Below, piece after piece: positions 6,790 through 14,222 of a stretch of DNA of 24,000 bases. Position 1 is the stretch's first letter. The number at the start of each line of letters is the position of its first letter. The translations under genes and the position numbers were made by a program. A model generated the notes under the pieces. The model made no database searches. It was given only the letters and a program-made list of their open reading frames with translations, and was not told the DNA's origin. This DNA is from Candidatus Woesearchaeota archaeon (GTDB taxonomy: Archaea > Nanobdellota > Nanobdellia > Pacearchaeales > GW2011-AR1): the NCBI GenBank assembly GCA_964554415.1, contig CAZKON010000004.1:1-24000 (forward strand). The letters are read 5' to 3'.

Positions 6790-9192
6790 TCACTGCAACC
6801 CATGGCACGCCATCAAATCTTTCTCAAACGCGCGCAGGTCTTGCGGAATCTCAATGCCCTCAATAGACTCGCGGAGCGAGATGCTTTTGTCTTTCTTGGT
6901 TTTCCAGACAAGGCTGTTGAACGAAACAAGTGCATCAATGAGGGAGACATCTGTCGTCGTTTTCCGCGCTTTGGGGAATGCATTGAGAGAGAGGTGAAGC
7001 TCGTTGGCGATTACGGAAGTGATTTGAGGCACAATGGGATGCAGCAGGATGATGAGGCGTTCAAGCAGAGCATGTAGGGTGTATTTTGCAGAGTTACTTT
7101 CTTCTTCTGTAAACACATTTTCTGCGTTATATACTCTGTTTTTTACTAATTCAAGATAGTGCGAGGCAAACTGCTCCCAGAGGAATTCCCGGAGTTTGAG
7201 TGCCGGATGATAGAAATCGTACTTTTCGTAAGATTCTGCGACAAATGAAGTAAGATTCTCGAGATAGTCGAGAAATAGCTTGTCTAAGGACGCAAGTTTC
7301 TGTTTCTTCTTTGGTTTTTGAAATTGCATGATGAAGCGCGTTACATTAAGGAGCTTTGTTAGTGTCTTTGTTTCGGCTTTTATCTTCTCTTTTGAGCAGG
7401 CAAAGTCCTGTTTCGAGAGGTCTCCTTCTGTTGCTGCCCAAAATCTTATGGCTTCTGCGCCGTAATCACGAAGCAATTCCTGAGGGTCTATCATGTTGCC
7501 AAGAGATTTTGACATTTTGCGGCCTTTGTCATCAAGAATGTGATTATGAATCCAGACATCTTTGAAGCAAGGTTTGTTTGTTTCCAGATAGCCACGTAAT
7601 AGAGTGTAGTAGAGCCAGGTTCTTACAATCTCTTTACCTTGAGGACGGAGCGAGGCAGGATATGCTTTTTTGAAGAAAGAGTCATCTGATTTGTATTTGA
7701 GGAGAAAGAGTTCTGAGATTGACGAGTCGAACCATGTATCGAGCACACGCCCGTCGCCAATCCATTTAAGAGCGCTAAATTTCTTTTCTTTTAGAGTGCC
7801 AATGTATTTTCCGTTATGAAAAACTTCTGCATCTTTAGGAACTGTCTCTTTCCAGGGCTGAAAATAGGCGTTAGGAAGAGGAAGAGCAGTATAACGATTT
7901 CCTTTTGCATCTTCTGAATACCAAAGTGGAACAGGCGTGGCGTAAAATCTACGACGTGAAATTGGCCAGTCAATGGCAAGAGAGTCAATCCACGAGTCAA
8001 GAATTTTTTTTGATTCAGGAGGATAAAACTCTATTTGAGAAGCGATATCGCGCAAGCTGTTGCGGAATTCGAGTTGTTTGAGATAGTATTCTGGCATCTC
8101 AATGAATTCTATTTCTGCGCCTGAGCGTTCTGAGACAGGTGTTGAATGCACAATCTGTTCTTGTTTTACCAGCAGCTTTTCTTTTTTTAATTCTTCAATG
8201 ATTTTCTGCCGAGCGTCTTTGACTTTCAGAGCATGAAGAAATCCGGCGTGCTCGTTCATTGTACCATCTTGGTTAATCGCGATTGTTGCTTTTAGATTCA
8301 TCTCGCGGAAAAATTGAATATCTGAAAGGTCTCCAGCAGAGCACATCATCACAAGACCAGAACCTTTGTCAATTTTTGCAGCAGGATGCTCTTGAATCGG
8401 GATTTCTTTTCCAAAAATAGGGGAAATTGCGCTCTTGCCTTGCAGATGCTGATAACGCTTGTCTTCTGGATTGTAGATTACCATGCCGCAAGTGCAGATA
8501 AGTTCGGGGCGTGTTGTGGCGATAACAATTGATTCTCCTGTTTCTTTCACTTTCCATTGTATATGGTTGAACGTACTCGGCACGTTTTTGTATTCGATTT
8601 CTGCGTCTGCGACTGTTGTTCTTAATTTTGGATCAAAATTGCTAATGCGTTGGTCTTCATAGATAAGTTTCTTTCTGAAAAGCTCAATGAATGTTGCTTG
8701 TGTAAGCGCGCGGTATTCTGGGGCATCAGTATGATAGACAGAGCCGATGTCTTTGCTTTGTTTGTATGAGCTAAATGAGATACCTAACTTTGCAAAGCTG
8801 TCAATTGATTCTGCAGATGCTTCGCGCAGAAGTTTCTCGCAACATTCGACAAATTTCTCGCGGCTGACTTTAAAAGGGGATATATTAAACTTTTTCTCTG
8901 CAGCAACTTCAATCGGCAGGCCATTTCTATCTAATCCAAGAGGGAAAAGAACCTCAAAGCCTTTCATGCGCTTGTATCGAGCAAACATGTCCATGAAACA
9001 GTAAGTAACTGCTTGCCCGATATGAATTGGAGTATTTACATAAGGCGGTGGAGTGTCGATGGAGTAAATTTTCTTTTTTGTTTTTGGATTGAAGACATCG
9101 GATTCTGCTTTCTGCCATTGCTTCGTTATTGCAGTTTCTACTGCAGGAGACCATGCCTTTACTTCTGCAATCTTTGGATACTTGATGGGCAT
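6790..9192 (-). CDS. valS: Valyl-tRNA synthetase (class I aaRS)
   Basis: HIGH-type motif PIHIGQ, KMSKS motif (GRKMSKSLGN), and editing-domain signature ATTRPELICTCGMVIYNPEDKRY typical of ValRS. The roughly 800-aa length fits ValRS better than IleRS or LeuRS. The track start 9195 is a TTG and the adjacent ATG at 9192 is preferred. Confidence 0.78.
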   Translation of the reverse strand: MPIKYPKIAEVKAWSPAVETAITKQWQKAESDVFNPKTKKKIYSIDTPPPYVNTPIHIGQAVTYCFMDMFARYKRMKGFEVLFPLGLDRNGLPIEVAAEKKFNISPFKVSREKFVECCEKLLREASAESIDSFAKLGISFSSYKQSKDIGSVYHTDAPEYRALTQATFIELFRKKLIYEDQRISNFDPKLRTTVADAEIEYKNVPSTFNHIQWKVKETGESIVIATTRPELICTCGMVIYNPEDKRYQHLQGKSAISPIFGKEIPIQEHPAAKIDKGSGLVMMCSAGDLSDIQFFREMNLKATIAINQDGTMNEHAGFLHALKVKDARQKIIEELKKEKLLVKQEQIVHSTPVSERSGAEIEFIEMPEYYLKQLEFRNSLRDIASQIEFYPPESKKILDSWIDSLAIDWPISRRRFYATPVPLWYSEDAKGNRYTALPLPNAYFQPWKETVPKDAEVFHNGKYIGTLKEKKFSALKWIGDGRVLDTWFDSSISELFLLKYKSDDSFFKKAYPASLRPQGKEIVRTWLYYTLLRGYLETNKPCFKDVWIHNHILDDKGRKMSKSLGNMIDPQELLRDYGAEAIRFWAATEGDLSKQDFACSKEKIKAETKTLTKLLNVTRFIMQFQKPKKKQKLASLDKLFLDYLENLTSFVAESYEKYDFYHPALKLREFLWEQFASHYLELVKNRVYNAENVFTEEESNSAKYTLHALLERLIILLHPIVPQITSVIANELHLSLNAFPKARKTTTDVSLIDALVSFNSLVWKTKKDKSISLRESIEGIEIPQDLRAFEKDLMACHGLQ

Positions 9193-9214
9193 CAAACAAG
9201 AAGGAGAGGGGGGG

Positions 9215-9225
9215 TTAAAAAGATA
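9215..9225 (-). promoter_or_regulatory. TATA-like box for valS
   Basis: Minus-sense TATCTTTTTAA centred about 28 nt upstream of the ATG at 9192, followed immediately by a C7 (plus-strand G7, 9208-9214) tract. Confidence 0.4.
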
Positions 9226-9247
9226 ACTATGGGGAAAAAATAGATAA

Positions 9248-9531
9248 AGAGATTTCCTAAGCCTTCGCTACATCAAGATTCTGGCAATCGAATCTTGAGT
9301 GCCGTCAAGGTTTGGAAAACCTTGAGGTCCCCACAGCAAGCTGATGGGGTATTACGCTCGGCTTCTAGACGGAAATCTCTAATTTCAAACTGGCGCAGCA
9401 AGCTGCGGGGTATTACACCCAGTTTGAAATAAACACTTGTTACAGAGAATTAGGATAATTGAGTTGTATTTTGTTCCTAATTCTCTGTCTGGATGATTAG
9501 GAAAACAGGAATCAAATTAACCTAATCATCC
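9248..9531. repeat. Hairpin-cluster region in the valS / AbrB-like divergent intergenic space
   Basis: A perfect 10-bp long-range helix AGAGATTTCC (9248-9257) / GGAAATCTCT (9371-9380) encloses hairpins 9273-9280/9291-9298, 9305-9313/9317-9325 and 9329-9333/9345-9349. It is followed by perfect stems 9382-9393/9419-9430 (12 bp), 9442-9454/9476-9488 (13 bp) and 9491-9501/9521-9531 (11 bp). Confidence 0.7.
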
Positions 9532-9540
9532 ATATTAACA

Positions 9541-9693
9541 ATGTGTATGATATGGAAAAGGAAAGTACTCAAAAACTTTCGGTTGAATTTGCCGCGAGAA
9601 ATTCGTACATTATTGAATGTAAAAGAAGGAGATGCTGTTGATTTTATTGCAGATGAAGGCAGGTTTATACTCAAGGAAATAGAGAAAATTTAA
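9541..9693 (+). CDS. AbrB/SpoVT-like mini-protein (orphan antitoxin-like), not in the supplied ORF track
   Basis: Own translation: MCMIWKRKVLKNFRLNLPREIRTLLNVKEGDAVDFIADEGRFILKEIEKI (50 aa). The RLNLPREIR...GDAVDF...GRFIL pattern is the AbrB/MazE swapped-hairpin signature. Confidence 0.55.
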   Translation: MCMIWKRKVLKNFRLNLPREIRTLLNVKEGDAVDFIADEGRFILKEIEKI

Positions 9694-9953
9694 CTTTTAG
9701 CCTGCTTCCAAAGCAGCTTAAAGATATTTGCCTGCAATTCGGCAAACGCAGGGTCTTCAATTTTGATACCTATTTGTTCTTTGTCGGTAACGCGGAGAAA
9801 AATAACTTTATCCTTTGTGATTGCGAGTTCGTAGTCTTTGCCTTTGATAATTGAATCGAGAAAACGGATTTCCCGAAGAGATTTTTTATCATATTTTCTT
9901 GCTTCTTTTAAAGAAGGAGCATTTGTGGGGCTTTGGCTCTGGGCAGGCATCAT
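9690..9953 (-). CDS. Hypothetical protein resembling only the C-terminal domain of TrmB-type regulators (possible gene remnant)
   Basis: The tail KDKVIFLRVTDKEQIGIKIEDPAFAELQANIFKLLWKQAK parallels the C-terminus of the TrmB ORF at 2331-3074 (ERVLVVSWEKPIIAVLIYSASIANNFQRYFEEAWKNA). There is no HTH. Its stop overlaps the stop of the convergent mini-gene (TTAA at 9690-9693). Confidence 0.4.
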   Translation of the reverse strand: MMPAQSQSPTNAPSLKEARKYDKKSLREIRFLDSIIKGKDYELAITKDKVIFLRVTDKEQIGIKIEDPAFAELQANIFKLLWKQAKS

Positions 9954-10251
9954 GGAATTTTCACCTCAAGAACAGAAAAACGTCCTGCAAAATCTTGAAT
10001 ACTCTATTGAACAAACATTAATTCTCGAGACTCCTGTGCTTGGAAGCACAACGAATGCGACCAGAGGAGAAGAACGCTGGCTTGAGATTCAAGGCGGGCG
10101 CGGCAGAATTCTTCATGGATATCTTCCCAGCGAAGAAGAAGTACGTTCGTATACTACCGGCACGCAATGGCATTTGAGCAAAACAATACTTTATGAAATT
10201 CTGAAAAACAAGAGACGTATGCTGTATATCTTGCAGAAAACAACGAGTTAG
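9952..10251 (+). CDS. Hypothetical protein
   Basis: First ATG of ORF 9838..10251 that does not overlap the opposite-strand ORF body. No motif recognised. Its start overlaps the start of the divergent ORF by 2 nt, so at least one of the two calls is doubtful. Confidence 0.3.
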   Translation: MEFSPQEQKNVLQNLEYSIEQTLILETPVLGSTTNATRGEERWLEIQGGRGRILHGYLPSEEEVRSYTTGTQWHLSKTILYEILKNKRRMLYILQKTTS

Positions 10252-10320
10252 CGCGCAGGCGCGCATCATAAGAATGCCGTAGGCATTCCTATTTTTATCT
10301 TTAGCGCGAAGCGCTACTTT
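10251..10320. terminator. Three short GC-stem hairpins with T-runs between convergent genes
   Basis: GCGCGC-AG-GCGCGC (10251-10264); GAATGCC-GTA-GGCATTC (10272-10288) followed by CTATTTTTA; TAGCGC-GAA-GCGCTA (10302-10316) followed by CTTTT. Oligo-T tracts are the usual archaeal termination signal. Confidence 0.5.
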
Positions 10321-10352
10321 TCTAGAATTCTCATGTCATCATATACGAACAT

Positions 10353-11384
10353 TCAATTCCCAAAACGCCTTTGCCTCATATTGTAAAAATCAAGAGCTTC
10401 CTTGAATGCCTCTGCATCAAAGTCAGGAAAATGCACAGGCGCAAAATAAAGCTCAGCATATGCTGCCTGTAAAGGCATCAAACCGCTCAATCTCTGCTCG
10501 CCGGAAGTGCGGATAACTAAGTCAACAGGAGGTGCATCAGGAGCATCAAGCGCATGAAGAAGTGCACTCTCATCAATTTTTCTCCTCCCAGAAACAAGAA
10601 TCTTGTTTACGGCGCGCACAAGCTCATCACTCCCGCCATAATCAAGACATAACTGAACATTAAATTCAGAATATTTCTCTGTTTCCTGCTCAAGAAGCGC
10701 AAGTTCCCGAAGCAGAGAAGAAGGCAGGCGGTCTTTTCTTCCTAAATGACGAAATTTGATTTTATTAGCAGATGAATCACAACGAAGACGTTTAATTCCA
10801 CGCTCAAGTAACGCAAACAAAGCCTTCCTTTCAGCAGGCGCGCGCTTCCAGTTTTCTGTCGAGAATCCCCAAAGAGTTAAGTATCTTACTCCTGCGCTCT
10901 TAGCAGTAATAAATAATGACTGTATATGTTGAAAGCTCGCAGAAGTGTAATGGCCAAACTGAGGCTCCTGACCTCTTGTGCGCGCCCATCTTCTGTTTCC
11001 ATCAGGAATAATTGCCACATGAACAGGAACAGTATGTTTCTTTTTAGAAAAAAGTGTTCTGCCAAGATTGAGAAAACTCTTTGTTTGATCAGCAATAAAC
11101 GAAGCCTGTTTAATAACGCAAAAATCAGAGAGAGAGCGTGAAGGAGTCTGCCAATGATAATAAATACCGCTAACTTTGGAAAATCCAGGGCTGTCTCCAA
11201 GCCAATGGAGCAATGCAAGCAGATGTTCGTGAGTCCCTTGTGCGATGATATCAACGCTTCCATCAGCACGATTCATCACATGCCCTCCAATGCCTAAAGC
11301 GCGGGCTTTGTGCCGTATAATCTGCCTGAAACGCACACCTTGTACGCGTCCATGTATTTTTATCTCCATCTCATGAATTTTCAT
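10353..11384 (-). CDS. uppS: Acylphosphatase-domain / undecaprenyl-diphosphate synthase (cis-prenyltransferase) fusion protein
   Basis: The N-terminal ~90 aa carry both acylphosphatase signatures (IHGRVQGVRFRQ and GGHVMNRADGSVDIIAQG). The remainder has UppS motifs HVAIIPDGNRRWA, LTLWGFSTENWKR and DLVIRTSGEQRLSG. Confidence 0.85.
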   Translation of the reverse strand: MKIHEMEIKIHGRVQGVRFRQIIRHKARALGIGGHVMNRADGSVDIIAQGTHEHLLALLHWLGDSPGFSKVSGIYYHWQTPSRSLSDFCVIKQASFIADQTKSFLNLGRTLFSKKKHTVPVHVAIIPDGNRRWARTRGQEPQFGHYTSASFQHIQSLFITAKSAGVRYLTLWGFSTENWKRAPAERKALFALLERGIKRLRCDSSANKIKFRHLGRKDRLPSSLLRELALLEQETEKYSEFNVQLCLDYGGSDELVRAVNKILVSGRRKIDESALLHALDAPDAPPVDLVIRTSGEQRLSGLMPLQAAYAELYFAPVHFPDFDAEAFKEALDFYNMRQRRFGN

Positions 11385-12429
11385 TAACTACCTCCGCTGA
11401 TAAAAGCTCACAAAATTTTGGAAGCTCGGCACTTTGAATTCGCACACCGACAGCCCTGAGATGCCCTCCACCAGTAGCATTAGTAAGTTTAGGCAGAATA
11501 CAGGTAAGTATGTCGTGGACATTATCGCCGCGGAGAGATATATTTGTAATGCCTGCGTTTGTATATGCCACACATATGACGCAGTCTGAAAAACGATAGA
11601 CTAATTCATTTGATAATTCAGAACTCATGCTGGTATCACCGCCGTATGAAAAAAAGACAAGCGCGCCTTGCTTGCATAAAAGCGCTTGTTGAAGCAATGA
11701 ACTATATCGGGCATACAATCTTGTATATGTATTGCGAAACTGCGCGTTTCCAGGCACGTCAGCTAGCACTTCGCTCGGAAACATGCACTTAATAAGATAT
11801 TGTTGCAGATGCACGACATTTGTAGTAGAATCCTTCAATCCAAAGTTCAACGCCTGCGCTAATTTTCCAATTTCTGTTCTGTAATACGCATCGAATGGTT
11901 TGATTATATTTTTACCCCATAACTCAGGATGTTGTCGTGCAAAGTCTTCTGCAAAGTCTGGCAGGTGATGGTCTGCAATGCATCCCATAACTGCAATCCA
12001 GATGTCTTCTTTACGTCGGCATATCCTCTGCGCCCAATAAGTCACAGGCTCACTGCTTTTTGGCTCCCCATAAATAGGATTATAACTAAAGAAACTCTGC
12101 TCTGCTTCGAAAGACTTGCCCTGTAATTCATGATGGTCAATCCAGATTACAGGAAGTAAAAGTTCTTTTAGCGCCTTCAGAAATTCAGGCTCAAGTATAG
12201 GCTTGTCCAGAATGAAAACAGCGTCTGCCCCAAGTTCGCGCGCTTTCTGTGCGTACGAAACATTTAGCCCAGGATAGCTACGGACAGCAATGCCCCTGCC
12301 TCTTCCCAAAAATCGCGAAAAAATCAAAAAACTGCACAAACCATCAGCATCATTGTCGTAATAAAAAACAGGGTTCTGAGATTTCTCAAGATGTTCTCTG
12401 ATTTCTTTGCACTTTGATTCCGAAAGCAT
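11371..12429 (-). CDS. DHH/DHHA1-family phosphoesterase (archaeal RecJ/Cdc45-like)
   Basis: DHH motifs DNDADGLCS and WIDHHE, plus DHHA1 motif GGGHLRAVG near the C-terminus. Overlaps uppS by 14 nt. Confidence 0.8.
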   Translation of the reverse strand: MLSESKCKEIREHLEKSQNPVFYYDNDADGLCSFLIFSRFLGRGRGIAVRSYPGLNVSYAQKARELGADAVFILDKPILEPEFLKALKELLLPVIWIDHHELQGKSFEAEQSFFSYNPIYGEPKSSEPVTYWAQRICRRKEDIWIAVMGCIADHHLPDFAEDFARQHPELWGKNIIKPFDAYYRTEIGKLAQALNFGLKDSTTNVVHLQQYLIKCMFPSEVLADVPGNAQFRNTYTRLYARYSSLLQQALLCKQGALVFFSYGGDTSMSSELSNELVYRFSDCVICVAYTNAGITNISLRGDNVHDILTCILPKLTNATGGGHLRAVGVRIQSAELPKFCELLSAEVVNENS

Positions 12430-12537
12430 ATTCTAACACATAAAAGAAAGCTTTTAAGGGTTTGGGAAGATTGTTCTTGACAAGAGACCAATCAAAGTCC
12501 TCTATACCATCAGAAAAGATGGCTTCTATCAAAGAAA

Positions 12538-12548
12538 TCTTTAAATAG
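12538..12548 (+). promoter_or_regulatory. TATA-like box for the small membrane protein gene
   Basis: TCTTTAAATAG centred about 26 nt upstream of the ATG at 12569. Confidence 0.5.
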
Positions 12549-12568
12549 GAACAGTTCATATTATAAAT

Positions 12569-12757
12569 ATGAATAAATGGCTAGAACTCCTTATTGGATT
12601 GATTTTAGTGATTGCCCCTATTATCGCTGCTGCATATTATCCTGGTTGGTGGCTTGCGGCGCTTACTGTCTTAAAGGGAAGCATATTCTGGGCAGTCATC
12701 GCTCTTGGCGCTCTTTTTATCCTTCTCGGCATCTCGGATTTGAAAGAAGCGAGATAA
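12569..12757 (+). CDS. Small membrane protein, two predicted TM helices
   Basis: 62 aa with hydrophobic segments LELLIGLILVIAPIIAAAYY and IFWAVIALGALFILLGI. Correctly spaced TATA box. Confidence 0.55.
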   Translation: MNKWLELLIGLILVIAPIIAAAYYPGWWLAALTVLKGSIFWAVIALGALFILLGISDLKEAR

Positions 12758-12856
12758 AATACAAACTGCTTTCATACAATCTAGAAGGTTTTAACGTGAG
12801 CACAGCAATTTTCTATAAGTAGATTTTTCTAAGGATTTATCGCTTTTGCCCGCTAT

Positions 12857-12947
12857 GGAGAATTCGGTTGATTATGTTCCACTACATTCGAATTCTCCAG
12901 ACAGAGAATTTGGTACAAAAAGTAACTCAATTAACCAAATTCTCTGT
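12857..12947. repeat. Pair of long-stem hairpins between convergent genes
   Basis: GGAGAATTCG (12857-12866) / CGAATTCTCC (12889-12898): 10 bp, 22-nt loop. ACAGAGAATTTGG (12901-12913) / CCAAATTCTCTGT (12935-12947): 13 bp, 21-nt loop. The second has the same architecture as 9442-9488. Confidence 0.7.
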
Positions 12948-13466
12948 AATTGACTTCTGCACTTCAGAAAAACAAGAAGTTTTGCTGCTCTCATTAACCA
13001 CTAAATTACAGAGCGTTTCATTACGCTCAGAAACAGCAAAACGTTCGTAACATCCATCACGATAAGATGCAGTTTTCACATCAGCACAAAGTTCATTATC
13101 TCTCTTTGCAAATGCCACGTTAGCATAACAGAAATCTTCGCTGCCAGAATCAGCAATCAAAGTGCATGGAGTAAAGTCTCTGGTTTGAATGGCATAGTAC
13201 TGAAAGCATCCATTCCTTTCATTTCCTCGGATATTGTTGCAGATGCGGACATCATGCTCCTGCACAGAAAAATTAAGATAACATAAATATTGTTTTGACT
13301 CGTTGCGCTCGTATTTACATATCGAGGCAGAATTAGAAAAATCAACCAATAGTACAACCATAAATCCAAGAACTAAAACAGCTACTGCAAAAAAAGGTAT
13401 ATTCTCACGCGCGACTTCTCTAAGCGCATGATTCATAATGATTGAACGCAGAAAACCCGCAAACAA
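12927..13466 (-). CDS. Membrane-anchored Cys-rich repeat protein
   Basis: N-terminal TM (IPFFAVAVLVLGFMVVLLV), then about four 26-aa repeats with paired Cys: CNNIRGNERNGCFQYYAIQTRDFTP / CTLIADSGSEDFCYANVAFAKRDNEL / CADVKTASYRDGCYERFAVSERNETL / CNLVVNESSKTSCF. The track start is a TTG and ATG at 13436 is an alternative. Confidence 0.6.
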   Translation of the reverse strand: MFAGFLRSIIMNHALREVARENIPFFAVAVLVLGFMVVLLVDFSNSASICKYERNESKQYLCYLNFSVQEHDVRICNNIRGNERNGCFQYYAIQTRDFTPCTLIADSGSEDFCYANVAFAKRDNELCADVKTASYRDGCYERFAVSERNETLCNLVVNESSKTSCFSEVQKSITENLVN

Positions 13467-13626
13467 ATATTTGGGGTAAGGAAATTGCTTCTCCGCCTCA
13501 TGAAAACATTAATATTCTGTTCTTTAAAAACATTCTCTCTAAGGACGAGTTAGCGCAGCGAGGAAGTCCGCAGCAAGAGAGGAACGAGAGGGTATAATGG
13601 ATTAAGCTCGTATATAGTTTATTAGC

Positions 13627-14184
13627 CTAATTTTCTATATCTTTTAACGCAGTCTTAATGTTTCTCGTCAACTGCACCATTGAATCTTCAAGCTGCTGTT
13701 TATTCTTAGTTCCGGTGCAGACAAGCTTACCATTGGAAAAGAGCAGGAAAGTAGCAGGAGGTTCAACAAGCTTGTATACAAGACCAGGAAACTGCTCAGG
13801 TTCGTATTCAGTATTCTCCAATTGCAGAGCTAAAACATTCAGATTCAGATTTAAGTCAATGCTTCCAGATGCAACAATATTTTGTACAGTTATCTTAGGC
13901 GTTTCAGTAATTTTTACTCCTATCTTGGCTATCTGCTTAATGACTACCCGTATCACTTCCTTCACTTGCGCAACACTCTTAGTGCCTGTGCATACAAGAT
14001 TTCCTGAAGAAAATACGAGAACAGCAGACTTAGGTTTCTCAACACGCAAAACCAAACCAGGAAATTGTTCAGGGTTATATTCAGTATTACTCTGTGTACG
14101 TGCAAGTTTTGTCAAAGATATCTCTTTTCCTAAGGAAGTCGTAGCCACAATATTTTGAACTTTAAGGTTTGATTTAGTTGACAT
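13627..14184 (-). CDS. tbp: TATA-box binding protein
   Basis: Two direct TBP repeats: VQNIVAT...EYNPEQFPGLVLRVEKPKSAVLVFSSGNLVCTGTKS and VQNIVAS...EYEPEQFPGLVYKLVEPPATFLLFSNGKLVCTGTKN. The start is placed at the internal ATG 14184 because the TATA box lies inside the longer track ORF (to 14226). Confidence 0.93.
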   Translation of the reverse strand: MSTKSNLKVQNIVATTSLGKEISLTKLARTQSNTEYNPEQFPGLVLRVEKPKSAVLVFSSGNLVCTGTKSVAQVKEVIRVVIKQIAKIGVKITETPKITVQNIVASGSIDLNLNLNVLALQLENTEYEPEQFPGLVYKLVEPPATFLLFSNGKLVCTGTKNKQQLEDSMVQLTRNIKTALKDIEN

Positions 14185-14206
14185 AAGGCAGTATATGATG
14201 GTATCT

Positions 14207-14217
14207 CCTTTATAAGG
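14207..14217 (-). promoter_or_regulatory. TATA-like box for tbp
   Basis: Minus-sense CCTTATAAAGG centred about 28 nt upstream of the ATG at 14184. Confidence 0.5.
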
Positions 14218-14222
14218 AAAGT

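Noticed and set aside
9208-9214. G7 tract just downstream of the valS TATA box as a phase-variation switch
   Set aside because: It sits in a housekeeping gene promoter where on/off switching is implausible. I mention it because it shows that G7 runs occur elsewhere in this AT-rich window, which slightly weakens the specialness of the 18849-18855 tract.
10264-10340. Box C/D sRNA, suggested by two ATGATG(A) C-box-like motifs on the minus strand
   Set aside because: No CTGA D or D' box occurs at appropriate spacing and there is no terminal kink-turn pairing. The region is better explained as hairpin/oligo-T terminators between convergent genes.
13658-14158. Long antisense ORFs inside well-supported genes, for example 13658-14158 opposite tbp. 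Others are 591-782, 3184-3467, 5235-5837, 7356-7565, 10886-11269, 15618-16042 and 20023-21241.
   Set aside because: Each overlaps a gene with strong family motifs on the other strand. Their translations are low-complexity or Cys/Phe/Leu-rich mirror products with no recognisable motifs.
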